64,000 nucleotides of DNA, taken from the IMG/VR virus record IMGVR_UViG_3300047469_000395, positions 6,644 to 70,643 of that record. One strand, given 5' to 3'. Origin of the DNA: a virus. The translations under genes and the position numbers were made by a program. How positions within the stretch are numbered: position 1 is the stretch's first letter; each line of letters opens with the position of its first letter. The notes under the pieces are model-generated. The model did not search any database and was not told the origin of the DNA. It saw only the letters and a program-made list of their open reading frames with translations. Of the stretch, positions 8,752-17,786 are shown in pieces.

Positions 8752-9213
8752 ATGGATGATCTTCAGGCCCGGCTGCAGCGGGAGGAAGAAATCAGGCGAC
8801 AAAATGCGGCGTTATTTACACGCGACGAGGGCGCTTGGTTCACGGGGGTGCCGGGTACTGACCCGGTCGACAGCAGCTGGATCTTTTGGACTTACTTCTC
8901 TATCTTCGCCGCCTTGGTGTTGATGGGAATCCTTACAGCACTTTACGATGGGATACCCGAGTTCCTGCGAATTTGGGGGAGATATTCTCCTTGGCTGCCA
9001 TCGGGCACCGTGCCGGTCGTACTGGCACTGATCGTCCGCCGCAAAAGGCTGACTGCTGGAAGTTACGGTGTCGTTGCGGCGATTATGGCCTTTTCGTTCT
9101 TGGTCAATATGGCGACCATGTCACTCGCCCCATTGGTATGTCCGATCCTGGCGTTCGTAGTGCTCATCAAAATATTCTTTTTCCCAGGAAGGAAGAGGGC
9201 AAAAACCGTATAG
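8752..9213 (+). CDS. Multi-pass membrane protein (cargo)
   Basis: AAGGAG RBS; about four hydrophobic segments; followed by a terminator. Confidence 0.75.
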   Translation: MDDLQARLQREEEIRRQNAALFTRDEGAWFTGVPGTDPVDSSWIFWTYFSIFAALVLMGILTALYDGIPEFLRIWGRYSPWLPSGTVPVVLALIVRRKRLTAGSYGVVAAIMAFSFLVNMATMSLAPLVCPILAFVVLIKIFFFPGRKRAKTV

Positions 9214-9228
9214 CTAGTTCGAAGCTAT

Positions 9229-9258
9229 GCCAGCCGCCTGAGGGCGGCTTTTTTATTG
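9229..9258 (+). terminator. Rho-independent terminator
   Basis: AGCCGCC-TGAG-GGCGGCT then T-run. Confidence 0.75.
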
Positions 9259-9433
9259 GTTAGTTATCTTGACTCCTAGGCTGGGCTTCTTGCTGCACCA
9301 AGAACATGCCATTACAGTCGGATATTGTATAAGAGTGACACCTGGAAATCGTACTAATTGCGCACGCACTTGGTGCAAAAAAGCCCGCCGGGGCGGGCCT
9401 TACGGTTGAGTGTTGGCCGATCAGATGTAGCTA

Positions 9434-9682
9434 TTACATGCCTGGTTCGTGTCCTGGGTTGCAGTCGAAGGTTTCGTATGTGTAATATTGAGTCTTGATT
9501 CCCCAGTGGAATCCAGCATGACAGCCATTGCCTGACTCGCCCACCAACTCATTCATCTCCGGATCAGCGTAATATGAATAGAGGCGTGCTGTATCTGGTT
9601 CGGCGACCACTACGTTGGAATAGGCAACCCCAGCTAGACCCGCTGCGGCCAATACCGCCGCCATCAGTTTTCCTGCTTTCAT
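9434..9682 (-). CDS. Small secreted protein, DUF6289-like
   Basis: Signal peptide; YYAD....LVGE...GC....WG..T.Y......C pattern. Confidence 0.7.
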   Translation of the reverse strand: MKAGKLMAAVLAAAGLAGVAYSNVVVAEPDTARLYSYYADPEMNELVGESGNGCHAGFHWGIKTQYYTYETFDCNPGHEPGM

Positions 9683-9851
9683 TTTTCAATTCCCCTCGAA
9701 GTTAAAACGCAAATATCGATAAGTGACCTCAGATCGATGATTTATGCTAACAGACAACAATGACAAAAAAACTATCGAATTGTCACCCCAAGTCGGCTTA
9801 CTCTTGTCGCAGTTTGAAGGCAAAGAAGTCCCCGGGCGGCTTTTTGCTGGT

Positions 9852-10044
9852 CAATCGAAGTGTGCGAAGCTGCACGAGAAGCCGCCGATGCGCGGAGACA
9901 CCAAGATGATGGGCGAGGAAGGGATGGATCGCTGGGCCTGCGCAATCAGCCGAGCGCCAGGCGCAATATGGGTCTAGTCAGGTTCGACCAGTATGCGGCG
10001 AGGGTTTCACGGCTGATGGTGATGACGGCAGACTTGTATTGCAT
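9852..10044 (-). pseudogene. Decayed copy 2 of the repeated gene
   Basis: ATG CAA TAC start, internal stop/frameshift, ..PIILVSPRIGGFSCSFAHFD*. Confidence 0.7.
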
Positions 10045-10122
10045 CCGAGTATTATGCAGCAAACATCGATGCAGCACCTCGGATGCAAAGAGGCGAGGCA
10101 GGAGGCCTGCCAAAGATTGAAC

Positions 10123-10389
10123 TTAACGCCTATTACGGACGTTCGGGCGAGAACCTGTTGCTCTAGGAGAGTCGATATGACGGAACGTGATGCGGCCCTT
10201 GCTCAAGTCGTATGCCGAAAGCTCTAGGGTGACGCGGTCGCCGGCGAGAATGCGAATGAAGTTTTTCTTCATTCGGCCAGCGGTGTAGGCAACAAGTTTG
10301 TGGCCGTTTTCTAATTCGACGCGGAAACGGGTGTCTGGCAGGACGTCTTGGACAACGCCTTGCATCTCGATGAGTTCTTCTTTTGCCAT
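10123..10389 (-). CDS. infA: Translation initiation factor IF-1
   Basis: [30 protein letters not shown]...[34 protein letters not shown] is a clear IF-1. Confidence 0.97.
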   Translation of the reverse strand: MAKEELIEMQGVVQDVLPDTRFRVELENGHKLVAYTAGRMKKNFIRILAGDRVTLELSAYDLSKGRITFRHIDSPRATGSRPNVRNRR

Positions 10390-10392
10390 GAC

Positions 10393-10611
10393 TTAGACCC
10401 CCTGTACGAGGTGGATCTGTCGAGCTTGTCCGCCGAAATCTGAATTGGCGAGCTTGTACGAGACAAGCTTGTGTTCAAGCGAGCCTGTTGGCTGCGCATC
10501 AACGAAATCATTTATGTTGGCCATGACATCATAGCCACCGGCATTCGGCCTGATCTGGCCAATACCTTTTAACCTGCTAAACCAATGAATAGTTCCTGTG
10601 TGTGTACTGAT
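10393..10611 (-). CDS. Divergent cold-shock domain protein with non-canonical ATC start (or pseudogene)
   Basis: 72 open codons: STHTGTIHWFSRLKGIGQIRPNAGGYDVMANI...VSYKL...GGQARQIHLV; AGGAG just upstream of ATC; stop 3 nt before infA. Confidence 0.7.
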   Translation of the reverse strand: MSTHTGTIHWFSRLKGIGQIRPNAGGYDVMANINDFVDAQPTGSLEHKLVSYKLANSDFGGQARQIHLVQGV

Positions 10612-10873
10612 ATGCTACTCCTAGCTGTTGACGAATTTACCCAACTCTTTGGTAGAGCCAAAGGTCAAGATTCGGACAGGAATGGGCTAGGCCTAAACAG
10701 GAAGGAAAAAAGACGGAGACAATGTACAGAGGTGGGAACGCTCAGTGTACAGCAAAAGGTTGTATTAACCTAATAACGCGTATCTGTCGGGCTCTCATCA
10801 AGATAGACGAGGAGCTCGTTTGCACAGTCAATTAGCACGTTTAAGAGCTCTGTTTATGGGAGCTTTGAAGATT

Positions 10874-11077
10874 AGTAATGTGGTAATCGCAAAGTGCGCA
10901 AAGCTCCGACAGAAGCCGCCAATGCGCGGCGATACCAGAATGATGGGGAGGGTGCGCAAGTAGTGCCGGCCACCGCAATCAGGCGCCCGCCTGGCGCCGG
11001 ATAAGTCAGATCTGGACCGACTAGGAGGGCGGCAGGGGAGCGCGGTCGATGGTAATGAAAGCTGAGACATATTGCAT
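10874..11077 (-). pseudogene. Decayed copy 3 of the repeated gene
   Basis: ATG CAA TAT start, frameshifts, LPIILVSPRIGGFCRSFAHF; 45/56 nt identical to copy 2, mostly synonymous differences. Confidence 0.7.
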
Positions 11078-11216
11078 TTGAGCATTTGCCTTAGATGCTT
11101 AAATCATCTGATATTGCCCGGGTTTACGAGGTGCGTTTGCAAGCAAAAATAAAAAAATGCTTGCAATATGCATTTTGCATGCTAATATTTCGAAAAATCT
11201 ACTGTAGAGGAAAACA

Positions 11217-12221
11217 ATGGTTACGAAAAAAATCGGACGTGCAGCCGGCGGGGCCGCGAGAGCGGCTTCGTTATCGCCCGCTGAGCGCTCGCAGATTGCG
11301 AAAAAAGCAGCTTTGGCAAAGTCGGAGATTGCTAAATTGCCGAAGGCGACCCACTCATCGGCGGACCATCCCCTCAAAATTGGCGAGGTTGAACTGCCTT
11401 GCTATGTGCTTGATGATGGCACTCGAGTGCTGTCGCAACGCGGGGTGATTTCGGGCTTAGGAATGAGTTACGGAACCCGCGCAGGTGGTGCTGATCGGCT
11501 TACCAATTTTCTAGAGGGGAAAGGCATTTCCCCTTTTGTAAACAATGACTTGATGCAGCTGATCTCGAACCCCATAAGGTTTACTTCATCCATGGGTGGC
11601 GGTGTGGCTTTCGGCTATCCTGCAACCATTCTTGCCGATATCTGCGACGTCGTGCTTAATGCACGTGCGGCTGGGGCGCTTCAGAAGCAGCAGGAGCATA
11701 TTGCTGCACAAGCTGAGGTACTAGTGAGGGGATTTGCGCGTGTTGGTATTATTGCACTTGTAGATGAGGCGACTGGTTTCCAAAAGGACCGGGCCAAAGA
11801 TGCGCTTGCTAAGATATTAGAAAGCTTCGTGGCGAAAGAGCTCCAACCATATGTCAAGACTTTTCCAGTGGATTTCTATGAGCAAATGTTCAGGTTACGA
11901 GGTTTGGCCTACCCTCCGGAGAATCCAAGCTTCCGACCTCAATATTTTGGGTTGCTTACAAACGACATAGTTTACGAACGTTTGGCACCAGGACTTCTTG
12001 AAGAATTAAAGAAGAAAGCAAAAAAAGACGAGAAGAAAGCCCATCTTCACCGCCGGCTCACCCAGGAAATTGGACATCCAAAGCTGCGAGAGCACTTGGC
12101 GTCGGTGGTGACAGCAATGAAATTATCAAAAGACTACGAGGATTTTATTTCGAAGCTGAATACGATACACCCGCGATTTGGTGATTCCTTATCCCTCGAT
12201 CTTGAGGATGGCGATCGATAG
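11217..12221 (+). CDS. P63C domain-containing protein
   Basis: CYVLDDGTRVLSQRG; GFARVGIIALVDEATGFQ..R.KDAL..IL..F.AKELQP..KTFP.DFY..YERLAPG. Confidence 0.85.
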   Translation: MVTKKIGRAAGGAARAASLSPAERSQIAKKAALAKSEIAKLPKATHSSADHPLKIGEVELPCYVLDDGTRVLSQRGVISGLGMSYGTRAGGADRLTNFLEGKGISPFVNNDLMQLISNPIRFTSSMGGGVAFGYPATILADICDVVLNARAAGALQKQQEHIAAQAEVLVRGFARVGIIALVDEATGFQKDRAKDALAKILESFVAKELQPYVKTFPVDFYEQMFRLRGLAYPPENPSFRPQYFGLLTNDIVYERLAPGLLEELKKKAKKDEKKAHLHRRLTQEIGHPKLREHLASVVTAMKLSKDYEDFISKLNTIHPRFGDSLSLDLEDGDR

Positions 12222-12287
12222 GAACGGGTGGTGTTGTGCGGTCGTCTCCCGCGCACCAAATGGTGCGCGGGTTTTGCTCAGGTCGTT

Positions 12288-12315
12288 AAAAAGCCCCAAC
12301 TAGCGGGGCTTTTCT
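12288..12315. terminator. Bidirectional terminator between convergent genes
   Basis: AAAAGCCCC-AACTAGC-GGGGCTTTT. Confidence 0.7.
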
Positions 12316-12755
12316 CATTTGTGATCCGACGCAGCAGCGGATGCTGGTGCGATAGGCGCAGGTGCTGGAGGTGCCTGTGTATATACGGTCACAGGCGACT
12401 GCGGCACTGCCGCAGGCTTCGACGCGTTGCTCATGGTGAAGAACAGGCCTGCAAACCCCAAGAACAGCGAGATCACCGTGGCCAACATCCAGCGCGTAAT
12501 ATCGGTGCTGGACTTGTGCAGGTCAGCCTTGAGGTCGGAAATATCGGACTTTGTAGCCGTCTGCTCCAGGCGTGACTCGATCTTCACCAAGCGCTCCTTG
12601 GCGTCGGTGGCGAATTCCTCGAGCTTTGCTATACGGGCTTCCATGCGACCATCATAGCCACCGCCATCGCCGCCGTCAAACGATAGCTCGCGGTCAGAGC
12701 TCATCATTTTTCGCACTTCATCATTCATGTAGTGAAGATTTTGATTTGGGTCCAT
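12315..12755 (-). CDS. Coiled-coil protein with C-terminal TM helix (DUF1640/XhlA-like)
   Basis: MEARIAKLE...ATKSDI...ITRWMLATVISLFLGFAGLFF; start uncertain. Confidence 0.7.
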   Translation of the reverse strand: MDPNQNLHYMNDEVRKMMSSDRELSFDGGDGGGYDGRMEARIAKLEEFATDAKERLVKIESRLEQTATKSDISDLKADLHKSSTDITRWMLATVISLFLGFAGLFFTMSNASKPAAVPQSPVTVYTQAPPAPAPIAPASAAASDHK

Positions 12756-12770
12756 GGGATAAGTGCTTCG

Positions 12771-13016
12771 TTATTTAGATGGGAATTCTTCTGATAACTC
12801 GGTCAGCCAATTACTAACCGATTCAGCTTTCTCTATTATGGCCTGTAAATTCGGGGCAATATCGCGCTGACTATCCACCGAAAGGTGCTTAGTAATATCA
12901 ATAAGACCTCTCAACAGTGCAAGATTCAGAGATTGCTGCAGAGCTAGCGCCTTAACTATTTTCGGATTAAGGTCATTAGCGTTTTGCTTCGGTTCGTCCA
13001 TGCTTGCCAAGTCCAT
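12771..13016 (-). CDS. Hypothetical protein (AT-rich cargo)
   Basis: 81 aa helical ORF. Confidence 0.55.
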   Translation of the reverse strand: MDLASMDEPKQNANDLNPKIVKALALQQSLNLALLRGLIDITKHLSVDSQRDIAPNLQAIIEKAESVSNWLTELSEEFPSK

Positions 13017-13141
13017 TCTGTTAGTAATTGCAACTTTTCACTGTGATGCCTTACACCTATTCGCTCTATCGTACGCTATGGCTGCCCGTCGGATGGTGCG
13101 CGGCTCAATTCGCGTAAATAGCCTTTCAGTGATCTTCGAAT

Positions 13142-13480
13142 CTACAACCAAGCCGCGACACCACCATGTCGCGAACACGTTCCGCGCCGGCTCTTGCTGA
13201 AGCTGTAGCTCCCATCTCGGCACTTCGCGCTGGCGCCGGCCGGCACCTTGCCGTCGACGGACTTCGCCGGCGAGTGCACGTCCTGGCCAGCCTTGTTCAC
13301 GTAGTGGTTGTGCGTCTGCAGGTCGGCTTCGTTTGGCTCGGCTTTCTTCGGCGCAGCGGGTACGGCGGGAGCGCTGGCCGGCGGCGCCAGCTGGGCGCGC
13401 AGCGGCAGCGCGAATGCCGCTAGAAGAAGCGCTGCTACGAAGCTTCGTAGCCAGGCTTGATGGCTGTCTTTGCGCTTCAT
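13142..13480 (-). CDS. DUF3761 domain secreted protein
   Basis: YVNKAG..VHSPA...PAGASAKCRDGSYSFSKSRRGTCSRHGGVAAWL. Confidence 0.85.
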   Translation of the reverse strand: MKRKDSHQAWLRSFVAALLLAAFALPLRAQLAPPASAPAVPAAPKKAEPNEADLQTHNHYVNKAGQDVHSPAKSVDGKVPAGASAKCRDGSYSFSKSRRGTCSRHGGVAAWL

Positions 13481-14343
13481 AGATCGGTAGTCGAGAGCAT
13501 TTTTCCCGTCGTTATGTCATACAACACAATCTTTGAGAGCTGGATAACGACGGCATCACCGGAGTAAATCAGCTCAGTAGGATTATCGATCGTTGGTTTG
13601 ATGTAATTTACATATTGAGCCAGGAAAGGGGCCTTGATCGTACCAACATACAGCACTCCAATGTTTTCTTTCAACGTCCTAGCGTAGTCGGCCGGAACCT
13701 TAAAGAAGAAACTGTGAGGGAGCGTGACCTGCCGCGTTATTGTGTTGACGTTCGAAAATGCTACTGCGCAAGCGCTATGGCTCGTCTGGTGTACATTTAC
13801 CTTCTTGCCGTATCCGTTCTCTCCAACATATTCCTTGCTATCGGTGATGCGCGATTCCACTAGAACTGATTGCACAAAGTTGCTACCCACCCTGGTGCTC
13901 AGGCTGCCCGACGTGAAGTATGTAACTTGCATTCCCTCCGTATCTGCATTGTAGGTGACCGAGGTTACAGGCCTTTCGGAGGTGAAGGCTACGATACTGC
14001 TACCTGTGATGCTTCCGTACAGGACATCGCTTTCCAAATGGGCGACTCGTTCTTTATACGCAGTGCTGCTTTCGAACTCGTCCTTCTGCGGATTGGATAA
14101 CTTCAAAATTCTCGTAATCTCTCGGCAACTATGCCCTCGATACCCAGCTGGAAGCACTTCGCCTGCCGGATCGAATGGCTCGTGCGCATACTTTGCCAGA
14201 GAGTCGGCTACTTGAATTTTTTGCCGAGAAGAGGGTTGCGCAGTGCTCCGCTTTTGTTGTGGCTTCGAAATCTTCTCTTGACCAAAAGCGGAGTAGGTTA
14301 CGCCCAACGAAAGCGCAATCAGTGCGGAAAGTATTTTTTGCAT
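13477..14343 (-). CDS. Secreted hypothetical protein
   Basis: Signal peptide MQKILSALIALSLG..AFG; KDEFESSTAY..R motif; directly downstream of cI. Confidence 0.75.
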   Translation of the reverse strand: MQKILSALIALSLGVTYSAFGQEKISKPQQKRSTAQPSSRQKIQVADSLAKYAHEPFDPAGEVLPAGYRGHSCREITRILKLSNPQKDEFESSTAYKERVAHLESDVLYGSITGSSIVAFTSERPVTSVTYNADTEGMQVTYFTSGSLSTRVGSNFVQSVLVESRITDSKEYVGENGYGKKVNVHQTSHSACAVAFSNVNTITRQVTLPHSFFFKVPADYARTLKENIGVLYVGTIKAPFLAQYVNYIKPTIDNPTELIYSGDAVVIQLSKIVLYDITTGKMLSTTDL

Positions 14344-14423
14344 GAGGGAGCCACGGGGCGCAAAGTAGTTCCCAATTATATGAAAAATTGACAACTGGAA
14401 ATCTATCGAATTGTTGCGAACTG

Positions 14424-15170
14424 TCAGAGGCGGTCGCGGAAGTTTTTGGGAGTAAAGTGAACAACGCGACCAATAACTATGCAGTCGGCGCCATGGCACG
14501 GAGCCGGCTTGAATTCAGGATTTTCCGAGGTCAAATACCATTCGCGGCGTTCATACTTTAGGCGTTTAATCACAGCCTGGCCGTTATAGTTCATCGCAAA
14601 GACGCCTCCGTTTTTCCTTGCTTTGTCCGTTGTGTTTACAACGGCGATGTCGCCCTCGAACATGAGTGGCTGCATGCTTTCGCCTTTGATCTTTACGGCC
14701 ACCAACGAAGCGGGGTTGAGGTCGTTTTCTTCCAACCATTGTCTTGGGACATGGTGCGCTGCGTCGTCACCACGGATCGGCTCAAGATTGACATCGTCAA
14801 TTCCAGCCTGCACGTGCATCGAGACCATGCGAATGGATACCGATGCTGGCGCGTGATCATCATCATCGGTCACTGCTCGCACGCCAGGTATCTCTCCTGC
14901 GGCCAATGATGCTTCGTTAATTTGAGCCGCAATGTGTGGGCTGAAATCGGCGACGGAGACACCCAAGCCGCGCGCGAACGCCGTCGCTGCCTTGATGTTG
15001 AGTGGCCGTCTGGCGAGAAGGTACTGCGAGACCATCCCCTGCGTGCCCAGCTCAAACTGAGAACCGAAATCTGACTGCGAAATCTTGGGTTCGCGCTTAT
15101 CGAATAGCGCCTTCAGGCGATCCGCGTCGTCGATTTGCCACTGTTCTAAGGGTTTAGGATCTGCTTTCAT
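14424..15170 (-). CDS. CI-like repressor (HTH + S24 autoproteolytic domain)
   Basis: HTH SQSDFG..TQGMVSQYL; AG cleavage site (VQAG), GESMQP, VIKRL; start placed at MKAD because upstream codons lie in the operators. Confidence 0.93.
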   Translation of the reverse strand: MKADPKPLEQWQIDDADRLKALFDKREPKISQSDFGSQFELGTQGMVSQYLLARRPLNIKAATAFARGLGVSVADFSPHIAAQINEASLAAGEIPGVRAVTDDDDHAPASVSIRMVSMHVQAGIDDVNLEPIRGDDAAHHVPRQWLEENDLNPASLVAVKIKGESMQPLMFEGDIAVVNTTDKARKNGGVFAMNYNGQAVIKRLKYERREWYLTSENPEFKPAPCHGADCIVIGRVVHFTPKNFRDRL

Positions 15171-15179
15171 TTGGCGGAG

Positions 15180-15245
15180 TATAGCAATGCTATTATTCAT
15201 CGCAACGAGCAATGCTATTGACTTATGTAATAGCGGTGCTATTAT
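15180..15245 (+). promoter_or_regulatory. OR operators (three) and PR promoter
   Basis: TATAGCAATGCTATT 15180-15194, ACGAGCAATGCTATT 15205-15219, AATAGCGGTGCTATT 15229-15243 (identical to 8431-8445); TTGACT..TATTAT. Confidence 0.88.
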
Positions 15246-15251
15246 TGCGCC

Positions 15252-15530
15252 ATGGACCTGAAAAACTACTTCTCAAGCTCGGTCACCACGAAGGCAGCAT
15301 TTGCTCGTTCGATTGGTGTGTCGTCAGCGCTTCTCCATCAGTGGGTTGAGCGCATCCGGCCTGTGGCACCTCAGCATTGTCCGCAGATTGAAGTGCAGAC
15401 GGGAGGTGCGGTCACCCGCGCAGATCTGCGGCCAGACGACTGGCATTTGATCTGGCCCGAGCTTCCAGCATCGCCTGGTGCGGCCCAGTCCGCCGTGACC
15501 CAGCACAACACCACCGGAGAAACCGCATGA
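15252..15530 (+). CDS. Cro-like (YdaS family) regulator
   Basis: Divergent from cI; HTH and TGGAVTRADLRPDDW..IWPEL motif. Confidence 0.9.
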   Translation: MDLKNYFSSSVTTKAAFARSIGVSSALLHQWVERIRPVAPQHCPQIEVQTGGAVTRADLRPDDWHLIWPELPASPGAAQSAVTQHNTTGETA

Positions 15531-15910
15531 AGCGCTTCATCGACCGCCTGATGGCACGGCTCGGGTATGTCCCGGTCGAGCAAGTGAACAACTTGCGTGC
15601 AGCTATCGATGGACTCACCAAGTCGATCGATATCCGAGCGGCCAGCGTACCGCTGAAGATCGAAGTCGACGACAGCCAGGTGCGCGAGGTGCTGGCACTG
15701 CTGGAGCAGGTGGTTGGCGCCGCTGCTGCCGCCGAACTGGCGCTCTCGCGAGTGCGCGATGCTGCGCCGCGCGCGGAAGAGGCACTGGCCGCGGCGAATC
15801 GTTTGGCAGGCTTCCAGAAATTGGCCCAGCAGACCAGTTCGATCGGAACTCGATTGATCAGTGAAGCGGCCGCGGCGGAAGCCCGGAAAGAATCTCGACA
15901 AACGGATTGA
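15527..15910 (+). CDS. Hypothetical phage protein
   Basis: 127 aa; ATGA-coupled to cro. Confidence 0.65.
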   Translation: MKRFIDRLMARLGYVPVEQVNNLRAAIDGLTKSIDIRAASVPLKIEVDDSQVREVLALLEQVVGAAAAAELALSRVRDAAPRAEEALAAANRLAGFQKLAQQTSSIGTRLISEAAAAEARKESRQTD

Positions 15911-16118
15911 TGCGCACCATTACGCGCTTCCATGCATCCCGTGTTCCATCTTTCTCGCGTGCGGGGTCGGCGAAGTGCTCCTGGAGTCGAGCGAGATGAA
16001 TTAGGACTTTGTCTGCTTGCTCCTTCGGGAGTGCTGAGCAAATTCCTTGCAGTACGAATTCCATTGCGAGAGTTTTTTCGCAGTAGGCCTCGATATCGAA
16101 GTCGGAGTCCTGTTCCAT
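15858..16118 (-). CDS. Counter-oriented hypothetical protein (86 aa)
   Basis: MEQDSDFDIEAY... after AAGGGA; protein-like composition. Confidence 0.55.
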   Translation of the reverse strand: MEQDSDFDIEAYCEKTLAMEFVLQGICSALPKEQADKVLIHLARLQEHFADPAREKDGTRDAWKRVMVRINPFVEILSGLPPRPLH

Positions 16119-16202
16119 GGGAGATCCCTTTGCAAGTTGTTGTGTGAGAACTGCAACTGTAACGCATTGGAATCTCCCGCCCGAATATTTAGAAAGGTAG
16201 TC

Positions 16203-16517
16203 ATGAGCAATCACCAAACCATCACCGCCGCGCTGCTGGCTGCGTTCAACCTGGACGCCGACAACGCTGACCCGGCTGCCGTCGCCAGCGCCGCCGCGAC
16301 CGTGCTGCTGGCGTTCGCCGACGCGGTGCGCGGCCCGGCGCCGGTGGTTGCCGAGGTGGCCGGCGTCGAGTTGGCCGCTGACGAAACGCCGGCCTTGATC
16401 CTCTCCGAGCTGCGCAAGCAGACCACGCTGCTGGAAGTGCTGGCGAAGCAGGGCGATCGCTTCACTCATTACGTCGCGCCAGCCACCGGCGCCGCTACTT
16501 GCGGCCTGCCTGGCTGA
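16203..16517 (+). CDS. Hypothetical phage protein
   Basis: AAAGG RBS, Ala-rich, GC-rich third positions. Confidence 0.65.
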   Translation: MSNHQTITAALLAAFNLDADNADPAAVASAAATVLLAFADAVRGPAPVVAEVAGVELAADETPALILSELRKQTTLLEVLAKQGDRFTHYVAPATGAATCGLPG

Positions 16518-16596
16518 CGGCGCCGGCCACCAAGTTTGCAACACCTGAATCATCAGCATCACCCGAAAGCCTGAATCACTTTTATAGGAAAACATC

Positions 16597-16869
16597 ATGA
16601 ACCATACCCAGATGCCCAAACCTCGCATCCTCGTTGCGAAAGTGCTTTTCAACGAGGACGAATACCGCGATTTCAACCAGGCCTGCGCCGCCGCTGATGT
16701 GCCGCAAAGCCGCAAGCTGCGGGACTTGGCGCGTGGTTGGGTGGAGCAGCGCAAGAATGATAAGCCGCCACGCTCGCGCATGGAATGGCCAGTCGGTGGC
16801 CAGAACATGGCCATGGTGCTGCCGGGCCGGACGAACTTCAGCATGCCACGCCACCACATGCGCATGTGA
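16597..16869 (+). CDS. Small putative DNA-binding protein (ribbon-helix-helix-like)
   Basis: AGGA RBS; VAKVLFNEDEY..F..AC....QSRKLRDLA pattern. Confidence 0.55.
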   Translation: MNHTQMPKPRILVAKVLFNEDEYRDFNQACAAADVPQSRKLRDLARGWVEQRKNDKPPRSRMEWPVGGQNMAMVLPGRTNFSMPRHHMRM

Positions 16870-16955
16870 ATCCTCGACCAGCCAGTTGCATACGCCACCA
16901 ATGCAAAGGAGCCACCATGAATCCTCTTGTAAACCCATAGGAGAGCAGAACCACC

Positions 16956-17732
16956 ATGCAACAGCACCTCGCAGTAAAGAATGCTCCCGATATCGAGATG
17001 CGCCTCGTCGCAATCGCCGATCTGTACGTTGATTCAGGAAGCGGCGGTTATCAGCGCGCACTGGACGTGATCCGCGCCAATAGCTACGCAAAGAACTTCG
17101 AGCCAGGCGCGATGAAGGCGATCAACGTCTCCGTGCGCCCCGATGGCCGAATGATGATCACCGACGGACAACACACCGTGCATATGGCCGGTCAACTGGG
17201 CTACACGCATATCCAGGCGATGGTGGTGCATGGTTCCCGCGAAAGCGAGGCCAAGTGCTTTTTAATTGGGAATGGCAAAGGCAAAAAAAACGCCACGTCC
17301 AAACAACGGCATGACGCTGCGCTCGTCGCCAGAGATCCTGTCGCGCTCGCTGCACAGTCCATCATGAATACATATGATATAGCGGTCAGCACCGGTGGCC
17401 TCCGTAAGGGGTTCACCAATGCGATTGGCGCCATTACCTCGTATTCAAACGCGAATCCCGCGGCGTTGAAGCGCGCAATGGACTGCATCGCCTCGGCCTG
17501 GAAGGAGGACGACTGCGCTTGGTCTGGTGTGGTGCTGCGCGGCATGTTTGATCTTGCGGTTGGCGCTCACGATATGGAGTTGATTGCCGCAAAGCTGCGC
17601 AAGCGCAAGGCGACGGCAAGGCAGGTGATGGACATTGCCAGCGCGCTGCAGACAGCTGCTGGCGCACGCGGCGGCGGTGCTGCCCACGCAAAGGCGGCGA
17701 TTTTGAAGGCGTGTGGAATCAAGGTGCCCTGA
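16956..17732 (+). CDS. ParB-like (DUF6551-like) protein
   Basis: YQRAL, VSVRPDG...TDGQHT, EAKCF motifs. Confidence 0.7.
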   Translation: MQQHLAVKNAPDIEMRLVAIADLYVDSGSGGYQRALDVIRANSYAKNFEPGAMKAINVSVRPDGRMMITDGQHTVHMAGQLGYTHIQAMVVHGSRESEAKCFLIGNGKGKKNATSKQRHDAALVARDPVALAAQSIMNTYDIAVSTGGLRKGFTNAIGAITSYSNANPAALKRAMDCIASAWKEDDCAWSGVVLRGMFDLAVGAHDMELIAAKLRKRKATARQVMDIASALQTAAGARGGGAAHAKAAILKACGIKVP

Positions 17733-17786
17733 ACTCAACGAGCGGTAACGGGATGCCGCGCCCCGATGCGCGCGGCGACATAAAAG

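Noticed and set aside
8578-10947. Repeats considered as CRISPR, attC or DGR template/variable repeats
   Set aside because: Spacing is ~1 kb and differences are mostly synonymous rather than adenine-specific; no cas, integron integrase or reverse transcriptase in the window.
15171-15212. Longer cI N-terminus in the ORF track
   Set aside because: Overlaps the OR operators; MKAD at 15170 is preferred.
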